Source of the DNA: Lingula anatina
Taxonomy: Eukaryota > Animalia > Brachiopoda
Length of the DNA stretch: 64,000 nt
Assembly: GCA_051362555.1 (NCBI GenBank)
Contig: CM120641.1
Coordinates: 44,832,401-44,896,400, forward strand
Direction: 5' to 3'
Of the stretch, positions 25,189 through 38,500 are shown in pieces; positions within the stretch are counted from its first letter, which is position 1, and each line of letters starts with the position of its first letter. The notes below the pieces were generated by a model, which saw nothing but the letters and a program-made list of their open reading frames with translations, did no database searches and had not been told where the DNA came from. The position numbers and the translations under genes are program-made.

Positions 25189-28100
25189 CCCACAAATATA
25201 TATATGATTGTACTGACAAAGTCTTGCTAATGGGGCAAACATCCATTATGTCAGCCACCTTACAGTATAAAAATCTAGGAAATGGCATCAACCACAAAGT
25301 CATATAAAGTCTTAATTATGACAATTCAAGGATAAAGAACCTTTATACAAGCTGAACTGATACAGTCAAATGTATGATAAATAAGCTCACCTTGGCTCAC
25401 TTGGCATGTGCTCTGAAAGGTTGGTCAACAGGACAGCTACATTGAAGCCGATGTCTTTGGCTGGATTGTGGAAACGGTCAGTGAACTCCATGAAATCCAC
25501 TTTGCCGTCCTGATTGGTGTCCACACACATCATGATGTAGTCTATCTCCTCGCTAGAATTTGTGGGAAATAAATAAATTAGGAAAAAACTAGTAGACTGT
25601 GGAGATGCAGTGCTGACAATCAAATCAAAAATTGCATGTATTCATTCTGATTGTTATTGCATTTTAATTTAATTAATTTTTTAATTTGTGTATGAAGCTG
25701 TACCTATCTGTAATTTGTGACTGTCTAAATAAGGAAACCCACTTTAAAAACAATTTTAATTAATGTTAAAACATATAGCCATATCTGAAGAAAAAAATTA
25801 TCTATACAGGCTCCATTAGATTTTATTATGGTATAGTGCTTCAAGTAAGTTGTAAAAATGACTGTAGATCGCTTAACTGCATGTAAATAAATAAAATAAT
25901 GGGTATATAAAAAGTATGATAGATATATATATATACCACTGGCAACAGACAGAACAAAAATATCACGAAAGGTTACAACAATTTTTCTAAACAAAGAACA
26001 TGAAAGCAACTACAAGAGCATTGATTACAGACTAAGAAACTGTTTTAATTGTTATGCAAGTGTGAGAACATTGTTTAGTGGCTTTGTTGCATGTAAGAGC
26101 TTTTAGCTGCAGAATTAGGTTTATATGTTGTTGAGCAGCTGTAATATACCTTAGTGCATGTACGGTTCCCCCTTCTTATTGATTCTTACACCAAAAACTT
26201 TGTAACAGCTTTCCTCTAATTAATTTGCAATTAAAGGACACATATACCTGGCACCAAATGTATATGACGTCAGACAACATGAGGTACAGTCAACACAAAA
26301 TAAACAGCACTTTAAAAACATTACAAGTGCAGACAGATTTTAGTGCACTACCCGTACAATGAACAACATCCTGAGGACATCATCTACTGGACAAAACAAC
26401 CATAATCTGTTGACAATTAACAGAGGAGGTATTCTTTGTGAACATGTAAAAACTAAATCACACAAAATAAATCGGAGGATCAGAGATGCCATGGACACAT
26501 CTCACTTTGTATGTACTACCAGCTGGATTAGTTTTAAAGTAGGGAAAAAGACACCAGTGTCAGTCATTCAAGGTAAACCATTGTGAAATACTGTGAGACC
26601 CATTGGAAGAAGACAATGAAAATAAAAATGTAATATATTAAAGAACAAAAAAAAAAACTCTGAGAGCACGTAAATCATGTAACTGCAGAGTGCCTCCAGC
26701 TTAGCAAGCTGGTGGTACACTTCAAACAAAAATAAATAAATATATAAATAAATAAATCACCAAGCAAAAAACTGTCTTCCAAAAGAAAAAATAAGGGCAA
26801 CTTGAAAAAAATACACAATAACTTTTTGAATAATTAACACTTGCAATTTGCCTTAATCTTCATGACTAGAATTATAATCAAGATAGTGAAGAAAAATATT
26901 CCATGGAGAGAGAGGGCACTATCACAGTTAATAAAGACAGGCCACACACATCTTTACCTAGGTAATCAACATGGACATATTAACAGCATTTTTAAAGGGG
27001 GTAGAGGGGCTCTACAATTACATGATCAGGTTTGTCAATTCAATCCCCAGTGATATCAAGTCCTGAAAATTAAAAAAATCCAAAAACTGTGGGTTTTTGG
27101 ATGGGGAGGGGGGAAGTGTCAGGGCACCACATGTATCTAATAACCAACGACTAATGCAACTATGTGATCCAAGGGAACAGTGGGACTGCAAACCAACAAT
27201 ATTCAGGCTTTCAAACAACTAGTTTCCAATTGGCTACAGTAGCACTACTGAGGGAGCACAACCAATCTGATACAGGGTATGGTACACCATGCAACAGCTA
27301 GCTTACGAAGAGTAGATTTTATGTGCCTCCATTGCATGGCGAAGCTCTTTGGGTGACACAACTCCATCTTTATTTGTATCAAACTCCTGTGAAGATATGG
27401 ACGATAAGAACAGATACAGTACTTAAGGCATCAGGTAGTTATAGCTACAGGGTACTACTGTAGCAGGTCAATAGCTGTGAAAGCTAGCACATTTCAAGCC
27501 CTTTGACTATGGACACGTAAGACCCATAGAAAAGCAGCGCTGATATATACCAGTAGATGGCAGCAGTAGCATTGGATGATTTCACTCTCATGCTCCGTCT
27601 GCAGCTCTTTACTCTGTAGCAAGGATCAGTTTCAGAATAAAAACTTGAGACACAAAATTGGTCTCGACTTTAAGACCACCACTTTTACTCAATATTGATC
27701 CAAAATAAATGAGTTGTAGTGACATCCATTTAGCTTAAATATTATGCCTGATACATAAAAGGAAAGAAAAAGAATTTTTTATACCAAAGGCAACTTATTT
27801 CAGTGAACTGCTAAATCAACGTAAACAATAATTTAGAAAAAAAAAAAATTGGTCAGTGGTCTTAAAGATAAGACTAACTTTAGATGTCCAGCAGTGATTG
27901 CAGAGAAGACAGATTTATTATGAAAATCTTTCACTTCAGTCTCAGAATGGTGCAATTATTGCATGTTACAAAATCACAGCTTTTAAATAAAAAAGATTAA
28001 AAATTAAAACAAATTTTGCTAAAAAAATGTGGAGAGGAAAAAAGATAGATCTAATAGATAAACCAAACAACACCTCAAACTGCATTTCCATCTCAAACTG

Positions 28101-31100
28101 CAATGAAAGAATTTCATGGGTTGAAATTGCCCTGAACCCTACCATCAACCCGTGCCTACTGCAAGACAAACCTTTTATACATCTTTTGATCCAGCATAGC
28201 TCGACGGAATTCTTTGCAAGATATCCATCCATCTTTGTTTGTATCAAATTCCTAGTAAGATGCAAGATTATTTATTTCATGTGTGAATGTTACAAAGAAG
28301 TGATTAGATGTGCGAGGATTGCAGTTAGTAGAAGCTCGGGGAACTGTTCAAGCTAATACCAGAATTACAATTTAAGAAAATAATAATAATAAAACTATAA
28401 ATTTTGAAACATTTTCAATTTTGACTGGAAGAAACAGTCAAGATTTACCAATTAATTATATTTTGGTGTTTTCTACAATATGTAAATGGGCCTTTTTTAT
28501 TTTTGATGATGATAGTATATACATATACAGTTCCTTTCAGCTTGAACATGCCCTTACGTATCATTCACTGCCAAGATAAGGCCAAGATAATTGAAGAGCT
28601 GAAACAAAATATGCAAAGAAGACCACTTCAAAGCAGTATATACCTGAAAGCAGAGTAGATAAGATAAATATGAAATATCTCAATTTTCTCAAGTATGCAT
28701 TCATGCAATAACAGCCTGAAGAATGACCACTTCAAACATATCAGTACAGACTATGCAAAGTCAAGCAGAGCTCTCAAAACAAACTGATCAAGATACCAAA
28801 CATGCCTAAATAAGAAAGCATAAAGTATTTATAAAATAGTAACAGGAAAAATATATAATACTCTTCAAGGTACTGGTACAAGTTACACACCGTTTGTACA
28901 TTTTCTGTGACACCATATTGTCACGAAATTCTCTTGGTGACAAAACTCCATCACCATTTTTGTCTGCTGCCTGAAATATGCCAATCACAAATAACACACA
29001 GGAACAGAGTTAGTAGAAAATAGTGCTTCATCAATGAAAAAACCTTTTGTGCTCATTATAGGTTTCATACAACAGTTTCATTCAGAACCCACACGTGAAA
29101 ATCCCGAAATCCAAACAAAGAACAGGGTGTTTCTAATGTGCAACCTATATGCTTGCTCTTTAAAAACTCATAGCACAAATGCCACAAGTATTGTGAATTA
29201 CAACAAATAAATAAATAATTACAAAATTTGATTTAAAATATTTACAATGAATTGATAGAAAAATTGAAATTTGTAGTGAACATTCAAAGCTGACATCTTT
29301 CTTTTGGTATAATATATAAAAGTATTTTCTAGCACTTTAAAGACCAGTGAGTCATTAAATAATACAGATGTGTAGATCCATATATACATATAATATGTAA
29401 TGCATTTAATGAAAATATATGTCAAATTTCTTATAGCCATTCTGAAAACTGAGGAAAAATATGGGAAAGACTGGGATACATTCATAACATGGGGTATGTT
29501 GCAAGAAATTTTAAAATTTATAACTTCAATTAAAACCAATTGAAAAAATGGAATACTGAAGCTGTTAACCACAATGTAACAATGGTCACTTAAAGAAAAA
29601 TAATTTCTGAAAACAAAATGGAATAACTTTTCACATGCATCAACACTCATTTCAAAAATTAACTTTAAGTTATTATGATATTGCTGTGAAACACACTGTA
29701 AAAGTGTATTTCGTTAAAAAACCACTAAATTATATGGATATATTTTTCAAATAAATACAAACAGCTGATAAAAAATATTCCAGTTATTTACACCTTGTAC
29801 AAACATTAAAAAAATCTAGATTTCAATAAAACTTAAATAATCAAATAAAAAAGAACTGCATTTTTCTTACCAAGAAAGCCTCTGAAGTTGTCATATCCTT
29901 CATTTTTAAGAATATATCAAAAAACTTGAGGATCATCTAAAAAAAGAACATGATACAATAAGAACATGCATTTGTCTTAAATCAAAAGTATACAATAGAA
30001 AATTCCCATGGCATTTGAAAAATAAGATACTTGACACAAGTTGCTTAGACATTGTTCTTCCTATAAAATTGCTGATGTAACAATTTAGGTGGATATCTCA
30101 ATTACAGTAAGGTTACAGCCTAAGCCCGTAGCTTGATTCACTCCATCATAAAATTTCTTTTGGTCAAATTGCTTGAATGATTTGCTTTATTTAAGCCAAA
30201 TCAAAGGCAATTATTTCATCATTGATAATTTACCTTGCCTCCCCACCTCAAAAGCAAAACAAAACAAAAAAAAATTGGTGAAATATCACACAGTCTCTAG
30301 CAAAAAAAAGTACATGCACTTGGCCTAAATTTATCACCCTAAAGAAACCCCATTATAGTGTGCGTAACTGCTGAAGTTCCCATCATTCACCTCAACGTTG
30401 GCAGACGACTCCACTAAAGTGTCCACCATCTGTTTTCCAATGGGTCCATTCATGACATTCCCTGGTGAGAGAAAGTACACATTTATTTCTCCTCCATCTA
30501 TCAATTCAAATCTCCAATATATCAATGAATGACAAACAGTGTTAAAGATGATTTGCTACACTCTTTTTCTAAATAAAGTCACTTTTATTCATTAATCTAT
30601 AATGATTTTTAATTGAAATATTGCCAAGAAAAAAACAAATCATTAGACTACAGGTGAAAAAAACCATCTCATGACCTCAAATAGACAATAATTAAATAAC
30701 AATACTTGAAATTGAAAAGAATGGACCAAAGTACCTTCCAACATGGATAGCAACATAATCATCATATCTTTTTGTAGTTTCATAAATTCTCTGAGGAGTT
30801 CAAGTTGTTCTGGATCCTGAAGAAAATAAAGTGAAATTTTAGCTCTGAAAAACCATTAAAAATCAACATACCTACTCAAAACTACAATTTCCACATTTAT
30901 TCCAAATTTTGGTTTTATTTTTTACAAAGTTATTACTACTAAGTATAAAACCAAACAGGTGGGGGTTTTTTAATTACAGCCAGAAATGACTTTTAAAAAA
31001 ATTATCACCAATATTTGCTCCTTAGACTGTATAAATGTATAATTACATGTTAATTTCTTATAGAAAACCTAATGTGTCCTTTCTTCCTAATTTCCAACTG

Positions 31101-31229
31101 TTTATGAAGATCAAATGTTACCTTGGACAACTTATCCTGCATGTGAGCAAAGATATAGAGGAATCCTCCAACTGCATCCCACAATCTACTGTGTGCCAAG
31201 GCCAGCTGATTCTGTGAGCAGGGACCCTG

Positions 31230-31272
<43 letters not shown>

Positions 31273-31423
31273 TAATAATAATAATAATTCATTTATTTAT
31301 TTTTAGCCAAAAATCCATAAACATATTCTGCAGACATTTTTTTTATAATTTTTATTTAGCGATAATGTAAACTGTGTACAAAACAGAGATAATTCAATAA
31401 ACACTATTTTAGTTGTACTTATA

Positions 31424-31454
<31 letters not shown>

Positions 31455-34400
31455 ACACAAACACACATTCCTATTATATTACACAAATAGGTTTCACTGG
31501 TCATAGCTAGGCAATTTTCTTTGTGTATTTTAATACAATTTTGGTTGAAAAGCAAACACTGACACAATAATAGTTATACATCTTGATTTGAGTCTTCAAC
31601 TACTTTTGATAACACAGACTTAAGTTCTAGCTTGAGAGTTAATTCAGAATTTTCTCTAGCACTTCTGAGTATGAAAAATTTAGTATGAAGCATATTTAAG
31701 TTTTTAACACTATTCTTACTACCAAAAATAAATTAAAAAGGCACGTATTAAAAATTAAAATACAAACAAACTATTAAAATACAAACTAAAGGATTATTTT
31801 AAACTGAAAAGTAATAGTATCAAAAGTAAAGAGAAGTAATAATAATAATAATAATAAAGTATCTATAGAAGCAGATTTATAAATAAGAAGCTTCAAGGTC
31901 TGCCCCACTCACCTGTATATACTCAGTGAGTGTCCTGAACACTTGCTTGGCCACCTTGATGGCGCGGACAAAGTTGTCCTTGCCGGCTGGATCAATGACA
32001 TCTTTACCCGAGTAGTGCCAGTAGAAGTCCATAATTGATTCCTGTAGAATATGCAGTACACACTTACCAACCTCAGATAAATTTTTGGAAATTTATAACA
32101 ATGTTAACAATGTTTAATTAGATCTTGTTAGAAAAGTAGTACCTGAATTTGTTAGAGGCAGACCTTATTTGTTTCCTGAATCAATTAAAATCTTTAAGAA
32201 AATGACAATTTTTCTGGTTCTAGCATATTTTTATACACAATTCTTACCTGGTTCCAGCATTTTTTTAATAAGCTACATGTATGACCTAACAGCAAACACA
32301 TCAATATATGCATTAAAAGGAACGCTTTAGCTTATGCAGACTTTCAGTGTTACATATACCCTGTCACAACAAACAATGACATCAAAATATGATATTCCTG
32401 TATAAAATTATTGATCTGTTACCATGCAAATTCCCTTATAATATTATCCAGGTGTGCTAAATAATATTCAAAGCTTTGTCCAGATATTCTGTAATACCTG
32501 TAATCTAAGTAGATAATCCACAGTGCAGATGATGATGTTGACTGTTGTATTGTTCCCAGCCTGTGTTCTCAGGTAATTCTGGAACTCTGCAATCAGAAAT
32601 TCAAACTGTGTACCTTTCACAAAGTTACCAAATAGAGGCTAATATCTGCACAATAATACCTGAGCTAGTGCAATGATTTTAGCCAAATTTGAAACAAGTC
32701 AGTGAATAAATTGGGGAAAAACTGTGACATTTTTCAGTTTTCTCTGGCCAAATTAAAGAAGGCTGAGCATTTGGCTAAATTTACTATGCTAGAATGAGGG
32801 TAGAATATATTTGCACAGATACATGACTCATTTTCCCATTTGACTGAAGAGAAAAGACCTATTTGTGCCATTTATTAACCATGTTCAAAACGTTGATTTT
32901 GTATTGAATTATAAACTAGTTTTTTCACTTAAGAAGTAATAACTCTTAGTTATAAGGGCATGTTTAACAAAAGATTGATCTCAGAACAAAGAAGACACAT
33001 TTTTTTCTAAAAAGTTTCATGAAACTGGTCCCAGTGTGGTACAGCTTGTGTACATCTTTCTAACCTACCAAGGTTGTGCCCTTCACACAGTAACTGCAAG
33101 AAACGGAATAGTTTACACGTCTGCTCAGCATCATGGAGATTCTTGACACCTGCTGCCCCCTCACTGCCAACACCCAGGCTCTCAGCCTTATTGTTCCTCT
33201 CAAATGCATCCAGGTCCAATACACTGCAGAAAGAAAAGATCATTTATTATCTCTGAGCCACTTTTACACCCCCCTCCCCCCCAAAAAAAGAAGAAAAAAT
33301 ATTTGTTTAAATAATATGTTAAAAACCATAAATTATATATAAATTATATATAAATTATTATAAATCATATATAAAAAAGTTCCTTACCTACATCTCTGCA
33401 TCATTCCAGCAATAGAGGTGAAGAATCCAACATCTTTCTTTTCTCTCAGATGTGTCAGCATACGCTATGTATAGATATAAAAACCAACTGAAAGTTTATG
33501 CTGCAGCTGGTGTTGGGGATAGTAACAAAATACTGCTCCAAAGAATTGATGACATTTTAAAATTTTGTCCAGATGTTTGAAACACCCATGCATTTTGGGA
33601 TAAAAATAAAAACCTTGGAAGATTATTTAAAGAAAAACTTACTTTATAAAATATGTACACTAGGAAAAACCTGTAAAAATAATCTGACAATCATGAAAAT
33701 ACACACATATTACAACCAGAATGCTGAGAGCTGACTTACCGACTGAATTTCTTCATTACCTCCACGGAGCAAGGAGATGCCTAGATCAATAGTGTTTATT
33801 ACCATATCTGTCCAAGCACCTGGAAGACAAAAGCAACAGATTTAAATTGATCACTTAAAATTCTTCAAGACTTTTTTATCTATGATAACAAAATTATACT
33901 GCTGTATGTGTTCTTTTATTATATTACTGTATTGTGTGTTCTATGCAAAATCTATGTTATATAATTGCACAATTTAGTACAAATCTATAGGTCACGTAGT
34001 GCACAAAATTGTACAAAAACAAAATTTTGTGTCCAAAACTTAAGTAAGTCTTAAGTCTTTTTTTGACAGTAGACCCTGTCTATTCCATACCTCTACTAGC
34101 ACTGATGTAAAGAAGCATCATCTCTGCGGCTGCACGGTCAGCAAGGCGTGACTGTTCAAACAAAAGCTGCTGTTTTTCCATCTCTTGCTCCTATAATAAT
34201 AAAGAAAATTTAATAACAAAATCAAATCATAACCAAAAAAGACCCTGCTTAAGTCAATATGTGACCTTAATGTTCACAAAATTATGTGTCATATAAAAAA
34301 CACCTGAAAGAAGCAGGGATACTAACACTACCCAATAACACATATTCTGCACATTTTTCAACATCCATCCCCATTTTTAATGCATTATACTGTGGTTTTA

Positions 34401-35477
34401 TAAAACATAATTGAGAAACAGATTGATGCAATTTGAGCTCTGTTGTCTTGGCAACTGAAGAAAGGAGTTTCCAGTCTTAAAAATCAATGCAATGCCATCA
34501 AACCTGACACAGAAGCGTCTACAGTCTTTAAAAACTTCAGTTACCTGGAAGGAGGCTCCTGGGTCTTCTTCATTCTCATCATCATCATCTTCATCTTCAC
34601 CGCTGCAACTCTGGAACAGACAAAACTTCAACTTAGGATTGTCAGCTCTACACAGAAATATGTATTCTTTTATTATATATCTATATCATGTGTTCTATGC
34701 ATTTTGTGCAACTATGCAATTTATGAGTTATTTGTGCTGATGTAAAGAAGGTGTACGTAACATGTACTTCATCATCATATTACTGTATCATATTTATTTT
34801 ATGCAGTTTATTACTTTTAACTAATTTTCATTTCAGATTGTTTTTCTTTCGTTAATAGAAATGTTTTATAACCAATTTACATATCTTGAGTACTTAATTA
34901 TTGACAAACAAGTACATATTATCACACAAAATATGGTTGACATACAGTGGTAATAATTAGTCACAGAAAGTGCAGCAAACTTAGATTTCTAGAACTTAAT
35001 ACAATATTCCATCTTAAAAAAAGGAAAAAGTTTCAGTTTCTTTTATCAACACTTTACTGTGCTCAATAATTAGAAATTTCACCTTGCTCATGATTTGTGC
35101 AAAGGACATGTAGAGGAAGTTTTCCTGAAGTGTATCCTGCTCCGTGGTGGCAGTACGACTCAAGGCAGTCACCAACTGTGTTAGGGCATCTGGTTTTTCT
35201 TCTTCCTCTTCTTCCTTTTTCTCTATATCTTCTTCTTCTGAATGCTAGAACACCAAGGCAAATTAAACTGAGCAAACTCCTGCAGGAAGTCAGAATGAAA
35301 CTTGAAAATGTTAAAAAATTAAATTAAATTCCACTTAGTGTGCAACTAAAGGTCTGGAAAAAAGGTGGAAAAAATGTCACATAAGTGTATACTGAATTTA
35401 CACGTTTCATTTTAGCACAGTGTAGTTGCTAAAAGTAAAATGGCATCAGAAAACTTTTTTTTTCTCACTACAAGGAT

Positions 35478-35553
<76 letters not shown>

Positions 35554-38500
35554 ACTCCTGTTTAGTTTATATGAATATATTCTAACTACTTACTGTGAGG
35601 TCCTCTATAAGCCTGACTTGACCAATATCTTCCATTATCAGCCACTGTTCTTTGTATGCCTTCATGAACAGGTTGATCACACGATGTCTGGGGGAATGAA
35701 TTTATGCATCATTTTTAACATTTGAGGTACAAGTTTGTTGGAACATTTCAACATCTACAATATCAAATGAGGCTTCACAGAATGAATCAATAAACCAAGT
35801 CTCAATAAAATTTAGTACAGTTCAACCATGTTATGTTTAATAAATTTATTTATATCATTTTTACCACTATCATTTTGTTAAAAAGAATTTTAAACCTGCT
35901 CTGTTATTCATTCTAAACATACAATATTTCATGATAATTTCTAAAAGTTTACCTTGGCAGGTTATGAAGTGGCACCATTCTAAAGCATGCCATGACTGCT
36001 CTCTTCCTCTGGGTAGAGATCACCTTACGCCAGGCACCCTTATGGGATGGTGGCGGGTGTTCAACCTGAGGAAATGACAAGACATAGTGGGGTGAAACTG
36101 GGTCATCTTTATAACTGTGTTCAATTTTATCATACTGAGATCAAGTTTTACATTTTTTTTGGTAGGTTGAGGAAATTTGTAAGATTTAACAAATAATATT
36201 CTTACAAAATGACAGAAGTATGAATCAAGAGGAAAAAAATGCATAAAGAACAAAGGAGAATACAATAAAATAAATCAAAACACTTATCCTGATCACCGTA
36301 AATTTGACAATAGTGATACTAATGAAACAGCATAAATAAACTTGTGTAATCATTGTTACCAGGTGCAAGCCATGAAGAACTCTTGCCATTGACATCACCC
36401 TCTCCACAGCATGGTCCAGTGTCATCTCCACCACTCCTGCAAACTTGGTGCGGCCAATCTTCTTGTATAGAACTTTCTGCCATTTGTTGTCATTCTCTTC
36501 ATTCTGTATTTAAATCAATAAGGATATTGAAATCAGTTTGCAAAAGATACACAAAATGTTAGCAAAAATGAAGTCTTAGTTTTAAATTTTAAACAAATAT
36601 CTGGTTATTGTTCTCCAGAATTTTGTATTTTATTCTAGTAGAATGCAATGGTATTTCATTCAGATGCTCTACATTTCTTTTAATCCAAAGAAAAAAATCT
36701 TATCTTTACCTCATCTTCCAGCATCAGACTGGACTTGAGAAACTCCTCAATGTCTCCCTCCGGTTCCTTCTAAGACATCAAAAATTTAGCAAAAAGGAAA
36801 AAAAGAGAGAAAGGCATCAGTGAACGCCATGCACATGCAGATGGGTCAGCAATCACCACCATCACAGCAGTCAGGTCAAATCTACTCCAATCTAATCAAA
36901 TGTTCATCAAATTTTCAATTTTAGGGAACACCCCAAAACCATTGCAGAAAACAGTTGTATATATAAGCACTGTGTCATGATCCACAGTTTGAGAACTATA
37001 TGGTTATTAATAAATGAATACCATATGGACATTGCCTATAAAAGATGCACAACTTGCATCCTGTTAAAAATGACATATACATATGACATCACAAAACCTA
37101 AAGCCTATGATCAATAGCTGCTTCACTGTATCATGAATGCTATATGGTAAATACATGTGTAATGTACATATCCATTGTTATACTATCAAAGCATGGCTGT
37201 AGCATACTTGCCCGACATTAGTCTTGCTTATATAGCTGACTTGATTCATCAACAATATCATACCTATACTGCACATTTACATATCCCTTTATTCATGCTA
37301 ACTACATATTTCCTTTTCTTTTCATCAATAATAAACTAATGATTATTAAGTGCCTATTATGTTTCATTGCTACATAAATTGTACATGACTTTAATTAATA
37401 CTCAGACAATGTACAATTTTGCCAAGTTTGATCAAACTGCTTTAAAAAGCTAAAAAAAAGTCTATTACAAATAAAACTTAAATTTTCCATTAAGTTATGT
37501 TGACTTAACAACATTTATTTCTAAAGTAAAATATAATCTAAAAATACAATCCAGTTTTTATTCAACTGAAACTTCTAATAAAAAAAGCATACAATAACTG
37601 ATGAAATGCTGCAAAATCATCTCAGCATTGACTACTATAAAATGTCTACCAATATGTTCACAATGCATTTGGCATAAACCAATGATGCAAAATACTCTTT
37701 ACATTGAATTCTTGCAAAAAAACTACCAACAAAATCTCAACAAAGAAAGCAAACAAACAGACACAAAACTCTCCATCAAAAGGCTGAGCTAGTATCTAAT
37801 GCTTAAAATCCTACAAGCAAGACAAAAAACAAGGAAAATATCTACACGTACATACATTCATTGAAACCGAAAAGATGCCATATCATTACATACCAGATTG
37901 GGGGAGGGGGCTCATAATACCACGTTATCACACCAACAAGTCAGTCAGTTGAAAACAAGGAGTCAAAGGATTTTGAAACATGTCACAGGGCACACAAGCC
38001 AAAAAATCGAATAAAAAAACAGATCAGAATAGTATAAAAATTTCAACGAATTCAACAAGAGGTGTAGGTCCATTGTTTTGTGTCACTCTCTGGACATGAA
38101 GAATTTACTTTTCATTCAGTGCCAAAACACAATAAAATCAAAATGTGATTCATCATTGAAGTTCAAAACATTGGAATTTTGGGAAACGAGCAGTTGAGAA
38201 GTTGTGTGGTAAGTCAGTGGAAACGGGCATTATGCACGACTTAGTGATCTCCGTCTTTTTGCCATATTTTTAAAGTATAGTGCTGTGGCAGCAGAGATCA
38301 CTGTATTGATAGGACTGACTTCACACTTACTTTAGCTGTATGCAGCGATAACATTATAAATGTCAAGTTTGATTATTTTTTTAGATATTTATTTTCTTGA
38401 AATAATTTTAACTGAAGCTTTAGCTAGAGTATGATTAGATGAAATGACCTAGTTTCAAAATGCACATAGAATGTTCAGACAAAATATCTTAATTTAACCA

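Noticed and set aside
25553-27300. Search for a fourth EF-hand exon
   Set aside because: No further DxNxDG-coding 80-nt unit found; exon-like pieces at about 26150-26215 and 26352-26383 contain in-frame stops.
29219-29650. 143-aa minus ORF in an RyR intron
   Set aside because: Low-complexity F/I/Y-rich translation of AT-rich intron; no splice or domain support.
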